64,000 nucleotides of DNA, taken from NCBI GenBank assembly GCA_025362975.1, contig JANYES010000028.1, positions 640-64,639 of the forward strand, in the 5' to 3' direction. Below the pieces are notes generated by a model that worked only from the letters and a program-made list of their open reading frames with translations, was not told the origin of the DNA and searched no databases. Source of the stretch: Alphaproteobacteria bacterium (GTDB lineage Bacteria; Pseudomonadota; Alphaproteobacteria; Rickettsiales; SXRF01). This document shows, one piece after another, positions 32,460 through 42,899 of the stretch (positions within the stretch are counted from its first letter, which is position 1; each line of letters begins with the position of its first letter). The position numbers and the translations under genes were made by a program.

Positions 32460-32780
32460 CTGAGACTCCTGATCCCGGTGGATACCGGGGGGAGGAATGG
32501 CGGAAACCTTACGAAAAACATTTCTTTTCGCGAGGTCTTACTCTTGTATCTGCCTTCATTGCCACGAGGCTTTGAAGTTTCCTGAACGAGGTGGCAGTGC
32601 CACGAATCGGGTTCAGATGCAGAAAGAGGAATTGCCGGAATTATACATTTATTAACCACTTCGTACAAGTTGATTTACTTTGTGGGATTAATACGCGGGC
32701 GCTAGCTATGTGGCTGTAAATTATGGGTATGTTTGGCTTAAAAAACATCCGTAATTTGCATAGGTTTTCCCACAAAGTGG

Positions 32781-32809
32781 TTGACTGTCCCATAGGATAA
32801 GCATAAAAT
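32781..32809 (+). promoter_or_regulatory. candidate Pmra promoter
   Basis: TTGACT (32781-32786), a 17-nt spacer, then TAAAAT (32804-32809), 49 nt upstream of the mraZ ATG. Confidence 0.5.
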
Positions 32810-32834
32810 CCCATCAATACCCATAATATCCCAT
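32788..32834 (+). promoter_or_regulatory. phased (A/T)CCCAT repeats, candidate MraZ operator
   Basis: TCCCAT at 32788, 32809 and 32829, and ACCCAT at 32819. The last three are spaced exactly 10 bp apart and the first lies 21 bp upstream. The reverse complement ATGGG(A/T) resembles the (G/T)TGGG direct repeats bound by E. coli MraZ. Confidence 0.45.
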
Positions 32835-32857
32835 TAAAGAAGATTCATGGCCCAACG

Positions 32858-33304
32858 ATGCTGTTTTTATCGACCTATCACAATCGCATCGATAAGAAGG
32901 GACGCCTGTCCATCCCGTCGCAGTTCCGCGCCATTCTCACGGCGCAGGAATTTCCCGGCATCATCGCCTATGCGTCGCCCAAGCATGCCTGTATCGAAGG
33001 CTGCGGCATGAACCGGATTATGAAAATTAATAGCCGCGTCGAAAAGCTCGACCCGTATTCGGAAGAGCATGATGCGTTTACGACGACGCTGTTCGGGGAA
33101 TCGGTGCAGTTGGCGTTCGATACCGAAGGCCGGGTGATGTTGCCGGATGCGCTGATCGCGTCGGCAAATCTGGCGGAGAACGCCACGATCGTGGGTAAGG
33201 GCGAAGTGTTTGAAATCTGGGAGCCGAAGGCGTTTGAAGCGCATGCGCTGCGCGCCCGCGAGCTGATGAAGGAAAAGCGCCTGCAACTGAAGGGGGACGC
33301 GTAA
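32858..33304 (+). CDS. mraZ: transcriptional regulator MraZ
   Basis: 148 aa. RIDKKGRLSIPSQFR and a second DTEGRVMLP repeat (two MraZ/AbrB-like halves). First gene of the dcw cluster. Confidence 0.95.
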   Translation: MLFLSTYHNRIDKKGRLSIPSQFRAILTAQEFPGIIAYASPKHACIEGCGMNRIMKINSRVEKLDPYSEEHDAFTTTLFGESVQLAFDTEGRVMLPDALIASANLAENATIVGKGEVFEIWEPKAFEAHALRARELMKEKRLQLKGDA

Positions 33305-34272
33305 TGGTTGAAGCTCTTCATAAGCCGGTGATGCTGGGCGAGATGGTCGACTGGTTGTCGCCTAAGGATGACGGTGTGTATATCGACGGGACGTTCGGAG
33401 CGGGCGGGTATAGCCGGGCGATTTTGAAAGCGGCGAATTGCCGGGTGTTTGCGATTGACCGCGACCCTAGCACTAAGAAGTTTGCCGAGAAGCTGGAGCA
33501 GGAATTCGGCGAGCGGTTTGTCTGGCTGCTGGGGAATTTTTCAGATATGTGCTCGCTGGTTGCGATGCATGGGGTGAATGCGGTGAATGGCATCGTGCTG
33601 GATATCGGCGTGTCGTCAATGCAGATCGACCAGTCGGAGCGCGGGTTCTCGTTTAAGAAAGACGGGCCGCTGGATATGCGCATGTCAGATTCGGGGCAGT
33701 CGGCGGCGGATGTGGTCAATGGACTCGGTGAAGAAGAACTGGCCGATATTTTCTACTATTACGGCGAGGAAAAAATGTCGCGCAAAATCGCTTCGGCGAT
33801 TGTGGCAGCGCGCAATGTGGCGCCGATTGAGCGGACGTCGCAATTGGCTGATATTATTCGTAAAGTCGTGGGCGGCAAGCATATGAAGGCCGACCCGGCG
33901 ACGCGCAGTTTCCAAGGTTTACGCATTTACGTGAACCAGGAGTTTGAATCTCTCGAAAACGGTTTGAAGGCGGCGGAAGATCTGCTCGCCCCCAGCGGTA
34001 GGCTGGTGGTGGTGACGTTCCATTCGCTGGAAGACCGTATCGTGAAACGTTTTACCCACTCCCGTTGTGGTAAACTCGGGGAGCATTCGCGGCACCTACC
34101 TTCGATGGTTGGGCCGCAACATTCCGGCGTTGGTTCGGAATGGAATGCTCCCCGCTTTTTTTTACCGAAACCGGAGAAGCGCATTCCAAGTGACCTTGAG
34201 ATCGGCGAAAACCCGCGCTCGCGCTCGGCTACCATGCGCATGATGAGCTATGGAAAGGTGGCGCTTGTATGA
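33304..34272 (+). CDS. rsmH: 16S rRNA (cytosine1402-N4)-methyltransferase
   Basis: 322 aa. HKPVML..., DGTFGAGGYSRAIL, SFHSLEDRIVK. Confidence 0.95.
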   Translation: MVEALHKPVMLGEMVDWLSPKDDGVYIDGTFGAGGYSRAILKAANCRVFAIDRDPSTKKFAEKLEQEFGERFVWLLGNFSDMCSLVAMHGVNAVNGIVLDIGVSSMQIDQSERGFSFKKDGPLDMRMSDSGQSAADVVNGLGEEELADIFYYYGEEKMSRKIASAIVAARNVAPIERTSQLADIIRKVVGGKHMKADPATRSFQGLRIYVNQEFESLENGLKAAEDLLAPSGRLVVVTFHSLEDRIVKRFTHSRCGKLGEHSRHLPSMVGPQHSGVGSEWNAPRFFLPKPEKRIPSDLEIGENPRSRSATMRMMSYGKVALV

Positions 34273-34625
34273 TCCGCTTTTCTAATATCATATGGCTGGC
34301 GGTGATCGTGATTGCAGCATTTATGCTTTACAAAGTTAAATATGAGGTGCAATCATTAAAGAATCAGGTGGCGGAAGCGTCGCACGAATTGGAGCGGGAG
34401 AAACAGGCATTGCATGTGGTAGCGGCAGAATGGGCTTATCTTAACCGCCCCGAACGGCTGCAGAAGCTCGCCATGAAATACCTCGCCTCGTCGGACATGA
34501 CGGTTAACCAGATTGCCGATATCGAATCCATTCCGTTCCCCAATCAGAGCGTTGCATCGGTCGATCCTGAGGAAGGCGTGAAGCCGGTCCATTATGTCAC
34601 CAAGGAAAACAGAGTAATGCGGTGA
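34269..34625 (+). CDS. ftsL: cell division protein FtsL (alphaproteobacterial type)
   Basis: 118 aa with an N-terminal TM (IIWLAVIVIAAFMLY) followed by a coiled coil. Position between rsmH and ftsI, with ATGA overlap. Confidence 0.8.
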   Translation: MIRFSNIIWLAVIVIAAFMLYKVKYEVQSLKNQVAEASHELEREKQALHVVAAEWAYLNRPERLQKLAMKYLASSDMTVNQIADIESIPFPNQSVASVDPEEGVKPVHYVTKENRVMR

Positions 34626-36424
34626 GCCGGACATCCCGCAAAATTATCTTCAAAGAAAGCACGGGACGACGGATTATTGAACAGAGCCGCATCAGGTTGT
34701 TGTGCGTCGGACTGTTTTTCCTTTTATGTTTCACCAGCATCAGCGTGCGCATGTTCGAAGTGGCCGTGTTTGATAAGCGCCATTCGCAGACCATTACCGT
34801 CACCGATGCCGATAATGAGGGCAAGAGCGAACAGGTGGATCTTCAACAGACCAACCAGCCGGTATTGCAGCGCGGGGATATTATTGACCGCAACGGGGTG
34901 TTGCTGGCGACGAGTTTGATGACGGCTTCGGTGTTTGTGAATCCGAAGGAAATGCGGGATAAGGAAGAGGCGGCGACGAAGCTGGGCAATGCGCTCGGGC
35001 TGGATAAGCAGAAGTTGCTGACGCGGTTTCAGGGTGGGAAGTCGTTTTTGTGGATTAAGCGGAATTTGACGCCGAAGGAAGAAAATTTGGTCAATAGCCT
35101 TGGGATTCCGGGGCTGTATTTCCTGCCTGAGGAAAAACGCGTCTACCCTTATGGGAATATGATGAGCCATGTGATTGGCTATGTGGGCATTGATAACAAG
35201 GGGCTGGGCGGGATTGAGAAGCAGTTCGATCATCAGCTGCGCGATACGGCGGTGAATGGCAAGCCGCTGGAGATGTCGCTGGATGTGCGGTTGCAAGGGA
35301 TTATGCATGAGGAAGTGAGCAAGGCGGTGGAGGAATTCAACGCCATTGGCGCAACGGGCGTGATTATGGATTTGCGCTCCGGGGAGATTCTTTCAATGCT
35401 GTCGCTGCCGGATTTCGACCCGCATAACATGAAAAAAGGTGAGGAAGCGGCACGGTTTAACCGGGCGACGCTCGGGGCTTACGAGATGGGCTCAACGTTT
35501 AAGAGTTTCACGATGGCGGCGGCGTTTGAGAATAATACAGCGAATATGAAGAGCAGCTATGACGCGACGGGGCCGCTGCATATTTCGTCGTTTACGATTT
35601 CGGATGCGCATTCGATGCATCGGTGGCTGAGCGTGCCGGAGATTTATGCGTATTCTTCGAATGTCGGTACGGCGCGGATGATTATGGAAGTGGGGACGAA
35701 GCAGCAGAAGGCTTTCCTTGAGAAAATGGGGATGCTGGCACCGGTGGAAATCGAGCTTTCGGAGCGGGCGAATCCGCTGTATCCGACGGACTGGAAAGAA
35801 ATCAACACGGTGACGATCGCGTATGGGCATGGGATTTCTGTGTCGCCGCTGCATCTGGTGCGCGGTATTGGCGGGCTGGTGACGGGCACGTTGCCGCGGA
35901 TGACGCTGCTTAAGGATGGGAATAAGGGTAAGGCCGAGGGGCCGCGCGTGGTGAGTGAGAAAACGGCGGCGAATATTCGCAGGTTGATGCGCCTTGTGGT
36001 GGAGCATGGCACGGGGACGAAGGCGGATGTGGCGGGGTATCGCGTGGCGGGGAAGACCGGCACGGCGGAGAAGGCGACCAATGGCGGATATGACGGGAAT
36101 GCGAAACTGGCATCATTTATCGCGACGTTCCCGGTGGATGATCCGCAATATGTGGTGCTGGTCATGATCGACGAGCCGAAAGGGAATAAGAGCACCTTTA
36201 ATTTTGCCACGGGCGGCTGGATTTCAGCGCCGGTGGTAAATAATGTGATTACGCGCATGGGGCCGCTGCTGGGCATTCGCCCGCAATATGACGTGCCTGC
36301 CGATGACGCAGAGAAATTCTGGGTGGATAATAAAGGCGAGAAGATACCGGAGAAGCCGAAAATCCATCCTGCTGCCCTTGTTCCAGCTATTGATAAACGG
36401 TTTGTGCATGTTGCCTCTTATTGA
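34622..36424 (+). CDS. ftsI: peptidoglycan D,D-transpeptidase FtsI (PBP3)
   Basis: 600 aa, GTG start. Transpeptidase motifs STFK (GSTFKSF), SSN (YSSNVG) and KTGT (GKTGTAEK). Confidence 0.95.
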   Translation: MSRTSRKIIFKESTGRRIIEQSRIRLLCVGLFFLLCFTSISVRMFEVAVFDKRHSQTITVTDADNEGKSEQVDLQQTNQPVLQRGDIIDRNGVLLATSLMTASVFVNPKEMRDKEEAATKLGNALGLDKQKLLTRFQGGKSFLWIKRNLTPKEENLVNSLGIPGLYFLPEEKRVYPYGNMMSHVIGYVGIDNKGLGGIEKQFDHQLRDTAVNGKPLEMSLDVRLQGIMHEEVSKAVEEFNAIGATGVIMDLRSGEILSMLSLPDFDPHNMKKGEEAARFNRATLGAYEMGSTFKSFTMAAAFENNTANMKSSYDATGPLHISSFTISDAHSMHRWLSVPEIYAYSSNVGTARMIMEVGTKQQKAFLEKMGMLAPVEIELSERANPLYPTDWKEINTVTIAYGHGISVSPLHLVRGIGGLVTGTLPRMTLLKDGNKGKAEGPRVVSEKTAANIRRLMRLVVEHGTGTKADVAGYRVAGKTGTAEKATNGGYDGNAKLASFIATFPVDDPQYVVLVMIDEPKGNKSTFNFATGGWISAPVVNNVITRMGPLLGIRPQYDVPADDAEKFWVDNKGEKIPEKPKIHPAALVPAIDKRFVHVASY

Positions 36425-37898
36425 TTTGATTGATGCGTCGACGCAGCTTGTGGATGTTCCGCAAGGTACCGCGCCCGTTATTATTACCGGGCTGGCGGTG
36501 GATTCGCGCAAGGTGGCTAAGGGGAATTTGTTTTTTGCGATGCGCGGGAGCCATGCGGATGGCGGGGCGTTTATCGCGCAGGCGTTCGCGTCGGGCGCGG
36601 TGGCGGTGGTGTGCGATAAGGATACGGTAGTGGAGCAGAAGAGCATCGCGGTGCTGCGCGTGGAGAATCCACGGCTGGCGATGGCGCAGATTGCGGCGCG
36701 GTTTTATGGGCTGCAACCGGCGCATATGGTGGCGGTGACGGGGACGGACGGGAAGACGTCAACGGCGGATTTCTTCCGCCAGTTCTGCCATCTGATGTAT
36801 GGGATGGACGGGCTGCATTCGGCCTCTGTCGGCACGCTTGGGATTTTGAGCGGGACGGGGAAAGTGCTGTTTCCCGGAACGCATACGACGCCGGACGCGA
36901 TTGAGCTGCATAAGATTCTGGCGGAGTTGCATCACGACCATTACTTGTATGTGTGTATGGAGGCGTCGAGTCATGGGCTGCACCAGCACAGGCTGGACGG
37001 GGTGAATCTGCAGGCGGCGGCGTTTACGAACATCGCGCGCGACCACATGGATTACCATGAGACGGAAGAGGCATATTTTGCTGCCAAAATGCGTCTGTTC
37101 GCCAATCTTTTGCCGGTGGGCATGACGGCGGTGGTGAATCAAGACGACCCGAAATTCGCGCTGGTGGCGGAGATCTGCCATAAGCGCAGGCATAAAATGA
37201 TCGGGTTTGGCAAGAAGGGTGAGCAGTTTAAACTGGTGTCATTGAAGCCGCTGCCGCACGGGCAGAAGGTGGAGCTGGAGCTGATGGGAAAGGCGTATAC
37301 GCTGGATGTGCCGCAGGTCGGGGCGTTTCAGGTGATGAATATTCTGGCGGCACTCGGGCTGGTTGTCGGGACGGGGGGGAATATTGAACAGGCACTTGCT
37401 GTGGTGCCGCAGTTTACCGGGGTTCCGGGGCGACTGGAGCAGGTGGTGCGGTTGAGTAATGGTGCGACGGTGTTTATCGATTACGCACATACGCCGATGG
37501 CGCTGGCGAATATTTTGAATACGCTGCGTCCGCATACGCAAAAAAGGCTGCATGTGGTGTTCGGCTGCGGCGGAGACAGGGATGCGGGCAAGCGGCCGCA
37601 GATGGGAAAAATCGGCGACGAGCTGGCGGATGTTTCGATTGTGACCGACGATAACCCGCGCAGCGAGAATCCGGCGACGATTCGTGCGGCGATTATGGCT
37701 GCAACGCAGCATAGCAAAGAGGTTGCAGATCGCCGGGAAGCTATTTATGGTGCGATTAAGGGCCTTGAAGCTGGCGATATCCTTGTGATCGCGGGCAAAG
37801 GGCACGAGAAGATACAGATTATCGGTGATAAAACCCTGCCGTTTGACGATGCCGAAGTGGCACGCGAAGCGGCGAAAGAATTGAAGCTCGCAGCATGA
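36408..37898 (+). CDS. murE: UDP-N-acetylmuramoyl-L-alanyl-D-glutamate--2,6-diaminopimelate ligase
   Basis: From ATG 36408 (MLPLIDLIDAS...). The track ORF extends upstream to 36288 and overlaps ftsI. Mur ligase P-loop VTGTDGKTST, and DNPR near the C-terminus. Confidence 0.9.
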   Translation: MLPLIDLIDASTQLVDVPQGTAPVIITGLAVDSRKVAKGNLFFAMRGSHADGGAFIAQAFASGAVAVVCDKDTVVEQKSIAVLRVENPRLAMAQIAARFYGLQPAHMVAVTGTDGKTSTADFFRQFCHLMYGMDGLHSASVGTLGILSGTGKVLFPGTHTTPDAIELHKILAELHHDHYLYVCMEASSHGLHQHRLDGVNLQAAAFTNIARDHMDYHETEEAYFAAKMRLFANLLPVGMTAVVNQDDPKFALVAEICHKRRHKMIGFGKKGEQFKLVSLKPLPHGQKVELELMGKAYTLDVPQVGAFQVMNILAALGLVVGTGGNIEQALAVVPQFTGVPGRLEQVVRLSNGATVFIDYAHTPMALANILNTLRPHTQKRLHVVFGCGGDRDAGKRPQMGKIGDELADVSIVTDDNPRSENPATIRAAIMAATQHSKEVADRREAIYGAIKGLEAGDILVIAGKGHEKIQIIGDKTLPFDDAEVAREAAKELKLAA

Positions 37899-39322
37899 CG
37901 ATATTATGGACAGATAGCACAGCGGTGGCCGCCACAGGTGGGAAAAAACAAGGCGAAAGCTGGGCCGCTTTGCGCGTGGAAATCGATAGCCGGAAGGTGC
38001 AGGCGGGGGATTTGTTCGTCGCCATCAAAGGCGAGAATTTCGATGGGCATGCGTATGTCGCGGATGCGTTAGCAAAAGGCGCGGTGGCAGCGCTGGTCGC
38101 CCACGTTCCGGCGGGGCTGGAAAAAGCGCCGCTGGTGATTGTCGATGATGCGCTCAAAGGGCTTGAGGCATTGGCGAATATGGCGCGCAGGAATACGAAA
38201 GCGAAAGTGGTCGGCGTGACGGGCAGTGTCGGCAAAACGTCGTCAAAAGAAATGCTTCGATTGGCGCTTAGCGCGCATGGAAAAACATACGCGACGAACG
38301 GGAATTATAATAACCATATCGGCACGCCGCTGAACCTGGCGAATCTGCCGTCGGATGCGGATTTTGCGGTGTTTGAAATGGGGATGAACCATTCGGGGGA
38401 AATTTCGCATTTGACGAAGATGGTCAAGCCCCATGTGGCGGCGATTACGACGATTGAAGCGGTGCATATGGAATTCTTCAAAAACATTGAAGCAATTGCA
38501 GACGCAAAAGCGGAAATTTTTGAAGTGATGACCGGTGAAGGCTATGCGGTTTTGAACCGCGATAATGCGCAGTATGGGCATATTGCCAAGGCCGCGAGCG
38601 GGCACGGCGTGAAGCATGTGGTGACGTTCGGGGCGAATGAGAAATCGGATTGCCGGTTGGATGAGTATCGCGCGACGGCGGACGGTTGTTCGGTGTCGGC
38701 GAGTATTCATGGAAAGCATTTACATTACACGCTGAAAGCCGTGGGGCGGCACTGGGCAATGACGTCGCTGCTGACGCTGGCGGCATGCCACGCATTGGGG
38801 CTGGACGATGAGAAAACAGCGCGCGCGCTGGCTTCGTTTGGCGAGCTGGACGGGCGCGGGCGGATTATCAGGATTGCGGTTGCGGACGGTGAGGCGCTGA
38901 TTATCGACGATAGCTACAACGCAAGCCCGGCGGCGATGCGCGCGGCATTTGCCAAGACGCAGGAAGTCTGGGAAAGCGCGGGACGCAAGGGGCGGAAATT
39001 TGCAGCGCTTGGGAATATGCTGGAGCTGGGGCAGGATACGCTGAGTTTGCATACGGGGCTGGCGCCGGATATTGAAAAACATGCGTTTGATGGCGTATTT
39101 ACGGCGGGCGATCTGATGAAGCATTTGAACGATGTGTTGCCGTCCGGCCTTCGCGCAGGGTATGTGCCGAATGCGATGGAACTGCTGCCGCTACTGAAGA
39201 AAAAACTGCGCGGCGGCGATGTGCTGCTGGTGAAGGGTTCGCATGGCAGCAAAATGTATGAGCTGGCCAAGGCGCTGAGCGAATTGCAGACTGAAAATGC
39301 GGGGCATAAACATGCTGTATAA
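37895..39322 (+). CDS. murF: UDP-N-acetylmuramoyl-tripeptide--D-alanyl-D-alanine ligase
   Basis: 475 aa. [14 protein letters not shown]-loop, ATGA overlap with murE. Confidence 0.95.
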   Translation: MTILWTDSTAVAATGGKKQGESWAALRVEIDSRKVQAGDLFVAIKGENFDGHAYVADALAKGAVAALVAHVPAGLEKAPLVIVDDALKGLEALANMARRNTKAKVVGVTGSVGKTSSKEMLRLALSAHGKTYATNGNYNNHIGTPLNLANLPSDADFAVFEMGMNHSGEISHLTKMVKPHVAAITTIEAVHMEFFKNIEAIADAKAEIFEVMTGEGYAVLNRDNAQYGHIAKAASGHGVKHVVTFGANEKSDCRLDEYRATADGCSVSASIHGKHLHYTLKAVGRHWAMTSLLTLAACHALGLDDEKTARALASFGELDGRGRIIRIAVADGEALIIDDSYNASPAAMRAAFAKTQEVWESAGRKGRKFAALGNMLELGQDTLSLHTGLAPDIEKHAFDGVFTAGDLMKHLNDVLPSGLRAGYVPNAMELLPLLKKKLRGGDVLLVKGSHGSKMYELAKALSELQTENAGHKHAV

Positions 39323-40400
39323 TCTTCTGGTGCCGCATGCTGCTGCGTTTGGGCCGTTTAATTTGTTTCGTTATTTGACGTTCCGCAGCGGCGGGGCGGT
39401 GTTTACGTCGCTGATTCTGAGTTTTTATTTTGGGCCGAAAATTATTCGCTGGCTGAAAGCGAAGCAGGGCGAGGGGCAGCCGATTCGCCTTGATGGCCCT
39501 GAGTCGCATTTGCTGACGAAAAAGGGTACGCCGACGATGGGCGGGGTGATGATTCTGCTGTCGTTGCTGGTGTCGACGCTGTTGTGGAGCGATTTGACGA
39601 ATGCGTATGTGTGGCTGGTGATGTTTGTGACGCTTGGATTTGGGGCGATTGGGTTTTGGGATGATTATTTGAAGCTCACCAAGAAAAATCCGAAGGGGTT
39701 GTCTTCGCGCAAAAAGCTGGTGTGGCAGGCGGTGATTTCGGTGATCGCGGGGTGCATTATTCAGGCGATCGCACCGAGCAATCTCGCGGGGGAAATTGCG
39801 ATTCCGTTCTTTAAGAACGTGCTGGTGGATGCCGGGTTTATGTTCGTGCCGTTCGTGGTGATTGTAATGGTAGGGGCGAGCAACGCGGTGAACTTTACCG
39901 ATGGGTTGGACGGGCTGGTGATTGTGCCGATTCTGTTGGTGGCGGGATGTTTTGCGTTGATTACGTATCTGGTGGGGAACCACGTGTTTGCAGATTATTT
40001 GCAACTGCATTATGTGCCGGGGTCGGGGGAGCTGGCGATTTATTGCTCGGCGCTGATTGGGGCGAGCCTTGGGTTCTTGTGGTTTAATGCGCCGCCGGCG
40101 CAGGTGTTTATGGGCGATACCGGGAGCCTTGCTTGCGGCGGGGCGCTTGGGGCGATCAGCGTGATGACGCGGCATGAGTTTGTGCTGGCGATTATTGGCG
40201 GGTTGTTTGTGATTGAGGCGCTGTCGGTGATTATTCAGGTGGTGTCGTTTAAGACGCGCGGGAAACGTGTGTTTAAAATGGCGCCGATTCATCATCATTT
40301 TGAGAAGATGGGCTGGAAAGAACCGACAATTGTGATTCGCTTCTGGATTATCGCGGTGATTTTTGCGCTTCTTGGACTCTCAACGCTGAAACTGAGATGA
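39312..40400 (+). CDS. mraY: phospho-N-acetylmuramoyl-pentapeptide transferase
   Basis: From ATG 39312 (MLYNLLVPH...[10 protein letters not shown]). [12 protein letters not shown] motif and about ten TM segments. Confidence 0.95.
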   Translation: MLYNLLVPHAAAFGPFNLFRYLTFRSGGAVFTSLILSFYFGPKIIRWLKAKQGEGQPIRLDGPESHLLTKKGTPTMGGVMILLSLLVSTLLWSDLTNAYVWLVMFVTLGFGAIGFWDDYLKLTKKNPKGLSSRKKLVWQAVISVIAGCIIQAIAPSNLAGEIAIPFFKNVLVDAGFMFVPFVVIVMVGASNAVNFTDGLDGLVIVPILLVAGCFALITYLVGNHVFADYLQLHYVPGSGELAIYCSALIGASLGFLWFNAPPAQVFMGDTGSLACGGALGAISVMTRHEFVLAIIGGLFVIEALSVIIQVVSFKTRGKRVFKMAPIHHHFEKMGWKEPTIVIRFWIIAVIFALLGLSTLKLR

Positions 40401-41791
40401 TAACGGTTACGCAATACAAAAACCAGAATGTGGGTGTGTTCGGCCTTGGGAAGGCCGGGGAGGCGACGATTGCTTCGCTGCTGGCGGGCGGGGCGCAGGT
40501 GTTTGCGTGGGACGATAAGCCGGTGGATACGGGTAAGTGGGCTGGAATTACGGTGGCTTCATTTAATGAATGGCCTAGTGATATTAAGACGCTGGTGTTG
40601 AGTCCGGGCGTGCCGCTGACGCATCCAGCGCCGCATGCAGTGGTGCAATGGGCGAAAAAAAATAACGTGCCGGTGATTGGGGATATTGAGTTGCTGTTTG
40701 GGGCGTGCCCGCAGGCAAAATATGTGGCAATTACGGGGACGAATGGGAAGTCTACGACGACGACGTTGATTGGGCATATTTTGAAAAGTGCCGGGTTAAC
40801 GGTGGAAGTGGGCGGGAATCTTGGTACAGCGGCGTTGTCGCTGGAGCCGCTTGGCGCGGATGGGATTTATGTGCTGGAGCTTTCTTCGTATCAGTTGGAT
40901 TTGTTGAAGACGACGCGGTTTAATGTGGCGGCGTTTTTGAATGTGACGCCGGACCATCTGGATCGTCATGGGGATATGGCGGGGTATATTAAGGCTAAGA
41001 TGTATATTTTTGACCGGCAGACTGGCGACGATGTCGCGGTGGTGGCGGTGGATGATAGTTATACGCAAGGCATTGCGCGGGAGTGGAAGGGCGCGGCGAA
41101 GCTACTGCCGGTTTCGGCGCAGGAAGAGCTGGATGTGGGCGTGTATGTGTTTAATGGGTATATCAATGAAATCGCGCATAAAGGTGATGAACCTGCGGAG
41201 ACAAATTACCGGGTTTCGACTATCGAGACGCTGACGGGGCGGCATAACTGGCAGAATGCGGCGGTGGCGTTTGCGGTGACGCGGGCGTGTGGGGTTGCGG
41301 CACAAGTAATTTATACGGCGATGCAAAGTTTTTCGGGGTTGCGGCATCGGTTGCAGCTGGTGACGACGATAGGGAATGTGCGGTTTATTAATGATAGCAA
41401 GGCAACGAACGCGGATGCGACGGCGAATGCGCTCGCGCCGTATTCTTCGATTTATTGGATTGCTGGGGGGAAGCCTAAGGCGGGGGGGATTTCTTCGCTT
41501 GGGGCGTATTTTCCGCATGTTTTGTATGCGTTTTTGATTGGGGAAGCCGAGAGTGAATTTGCGGCGACGCTGGATGGCAAGGTGAAATATACGCGCTGCG
41601 GCACGCTAGATGAGGCGGTGAAACAGGCCGCTTCGATGGCGTTTTCGGAAGGGAAGGGCGATGCGGTGGTGTTGTTATCGCCAGCTTGCGCGTCGTTCGA
41701 TCAGTTTAAAAGTTTTGAGCAGCGCGGGGATGTGTTCTGCGAGCTTGTAGGGAAATTAGACGCGGGGGCCTATGCCAAACATGCGATTTGA
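40397..41791 (+). CDS. murD: UDP-N-acetylmuramoylalanine--D-glutamate ligase
   Basis: 464 aa. [15 protein letters not shown]-loop. Confidence 0.95.
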   Translation: MITVTQYKNQNVGVFGLGKAGEATIASLLAGGAQVFAWDDKPVDTGKWAGITVASFNEWPSDIKTLVLSPGVPLTHPAPHAVVQWAKKNNVPVIGDIELLFGACPQAKYVAITGTNGKSTTTTLIGHILKSAGLTVEVGGNLGTAALSLEPLGADGIYVLELSSYQLDLLKTTRFNVAAFLNVTPDHLDRHGDMAGYIKAKMYIFDRQTGDDVAVVAVDDSYTQGIAREWKGAAKLLPVSAQEELDVGVYVFNGYINEIAHKGDEPAETNYRVSTIETLTGRHNWQNAAVAFAVTRACGVAAQVIYTAMQSFSGLRHRLQLVTTIGNVRFINDSKATNADATANALAPYSSIYWIAGGKPKAGGISSLGAYFPHVLYAFLIGEAESEFAATLDGKVKYTRCGTLDEAVKQAASMAFSEGKGDAVVLLSPACASFDQFKSFEQRGDVFCELVGKLDAGAYAKHAI

Positions 41792-42899
41792 CCGGACGAA
41801 TTTGAGCCTCATGGGGCGCTGGTGGTGGACGGTGGATCGCCTGAATTTCTTTGCGTTGTTGTTGCTGGCGGCGATTGGTTCGATTCTGGTGACGGCGGGG
41901 AGTCCGCCGGTGGCGCGACGGCTGGACCTGCCGGCGTTTTATTTTGTACATCGGCATCAGGTGTTTTTGCTGATCGGGTTGGCGGCGATGATGGTGGTGT
42001 CGCTGTTGCCGCCGGTGGCGATTCGGCGCTTGGCGGTTGTAGGGTTTTGTGGGGCGATTGCGCTGATGTTTCTGGTGCCGCTTATTGGCGTGCAGACGAA
42101 GGGCGCGCATCGCTGGATTGATATTATGGGGATTTCGATTCAGCCTTCGGAGTTTATGAAACCTTGCTTTGCGGTGGTGATGGCATGGGTGTGTTCGGAG
42201 AAGCATCGCAGGCTTGATTTCCCGGGGTATCGGATTGCGGTGGCGCTGTATGCGCTGGTGGTGTTTTTGCTCGTGATTCAGCCGGATATTGGGATGACGC
42301 TGACGGTGACGAGCATGTGGGCGATTCAATTGTTTATCTCGGGGCTGCCGTTCCTTTGGGTGTTTGTGATGATTGTGTTCGGGGTGCTGGGCGTGTTCGG
42401 CGCATATCATGTGTTTCCACACGTTGCCAAGCGCATCAATAACTTCCTTGACCCTTCGGCGGGGGATAATTACCAGATCGGGCGGTCGCTGGAGGCGTTT
42501 CGTAATGGCGGGTTGCTGGGGCGCGGGCCGGGCGAGGGTGAGGTGAAGCAGTTTATTCCGGATTCGCATACCGATTTTATTTTTGCGGTGGCGGGGGAGG
42601 AATTCGGGGTGCTTGTGTGCCTGGCGATTCTAAGTTTGTTCGCATTTGTGGTGCTGCGCGGGCTTAGCCGGGTGCGCGAGGAGAATGATTTGTTCGTGGT
42701 GCTGGCGGTGGCGGGACTGCTGTCGCAGTTTGGTATTCAGTCGGCGATCAATATGGGTGTGGCGGTGAATCTTTTCCCGGCGAAGGGGATGACGCTGCCG
42801 TTTTTGAGCTATGGCGGGTCGTCGGTGGTGGCGATTGCGCTGGGCATGGGCATGATGCTGGCGCTGACGCGGCGACGATTCGGCAAGCACACTAACTGA
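41772..42899 (+). CDS. ftsW: SEDS-family peptidoglycan glycosyltransferase FtsW
   Basis: 375 aa, multi-TM. PDSHTDFIFAVAGEEFG and PAKGMTLPFLSYGGSS motifs. Confidence 0.95.
   Translation: MPNMRFDRTNLSLMGRWWWTVDRLNFFALLLLAAIGSILVTAGSPPVARRLDLPAFYFVHRHQVFLLIGLAAMMVVSLLPPVAIRRLAVVGFCGAIALMFLVPLIGVQTKGAHRWIDIMGISIQPSEFMKPCFAVVMAWVCSEKHRRLDFPGYRIAVALYALVVFLLVIQPDIGMTLTVTSMWAIQLFISGLPFLWVFVMIVFGVLGVFGAYHVFPHVAKRINNFLDPSAGDNYQIGRSLEAFRNGGLLGRGPGEGEVKQFIPDSHTDFIFAVAGEEFGVLVCLAILSLFAFVVLRGLSRVREENDLFVVLAVAGLLSQFGIQSAINMGVAVNLFPAKGMTLPFLSYGGSSVVAIALGMGMMLALTRRRFGKHTN

Noticed and set aside
32591-32603. GTGGCAGTGCCAC palindrome, considered as a sigma54 (TGGCAC-N5-TTGC) promoter.
   Set aside because: There is no TTGC element at the required spacing. 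It is more likely a short hairpin or half-site at the edge of the GC3-rich unit.
36288-36407. An upstream extension of murE into ftsI (the track start is at 36288).
   Set aside because: The extension overlaps 137 nt of ftsI. MurE similarity starts at MLPLIDLIDAS (ATG 36408).
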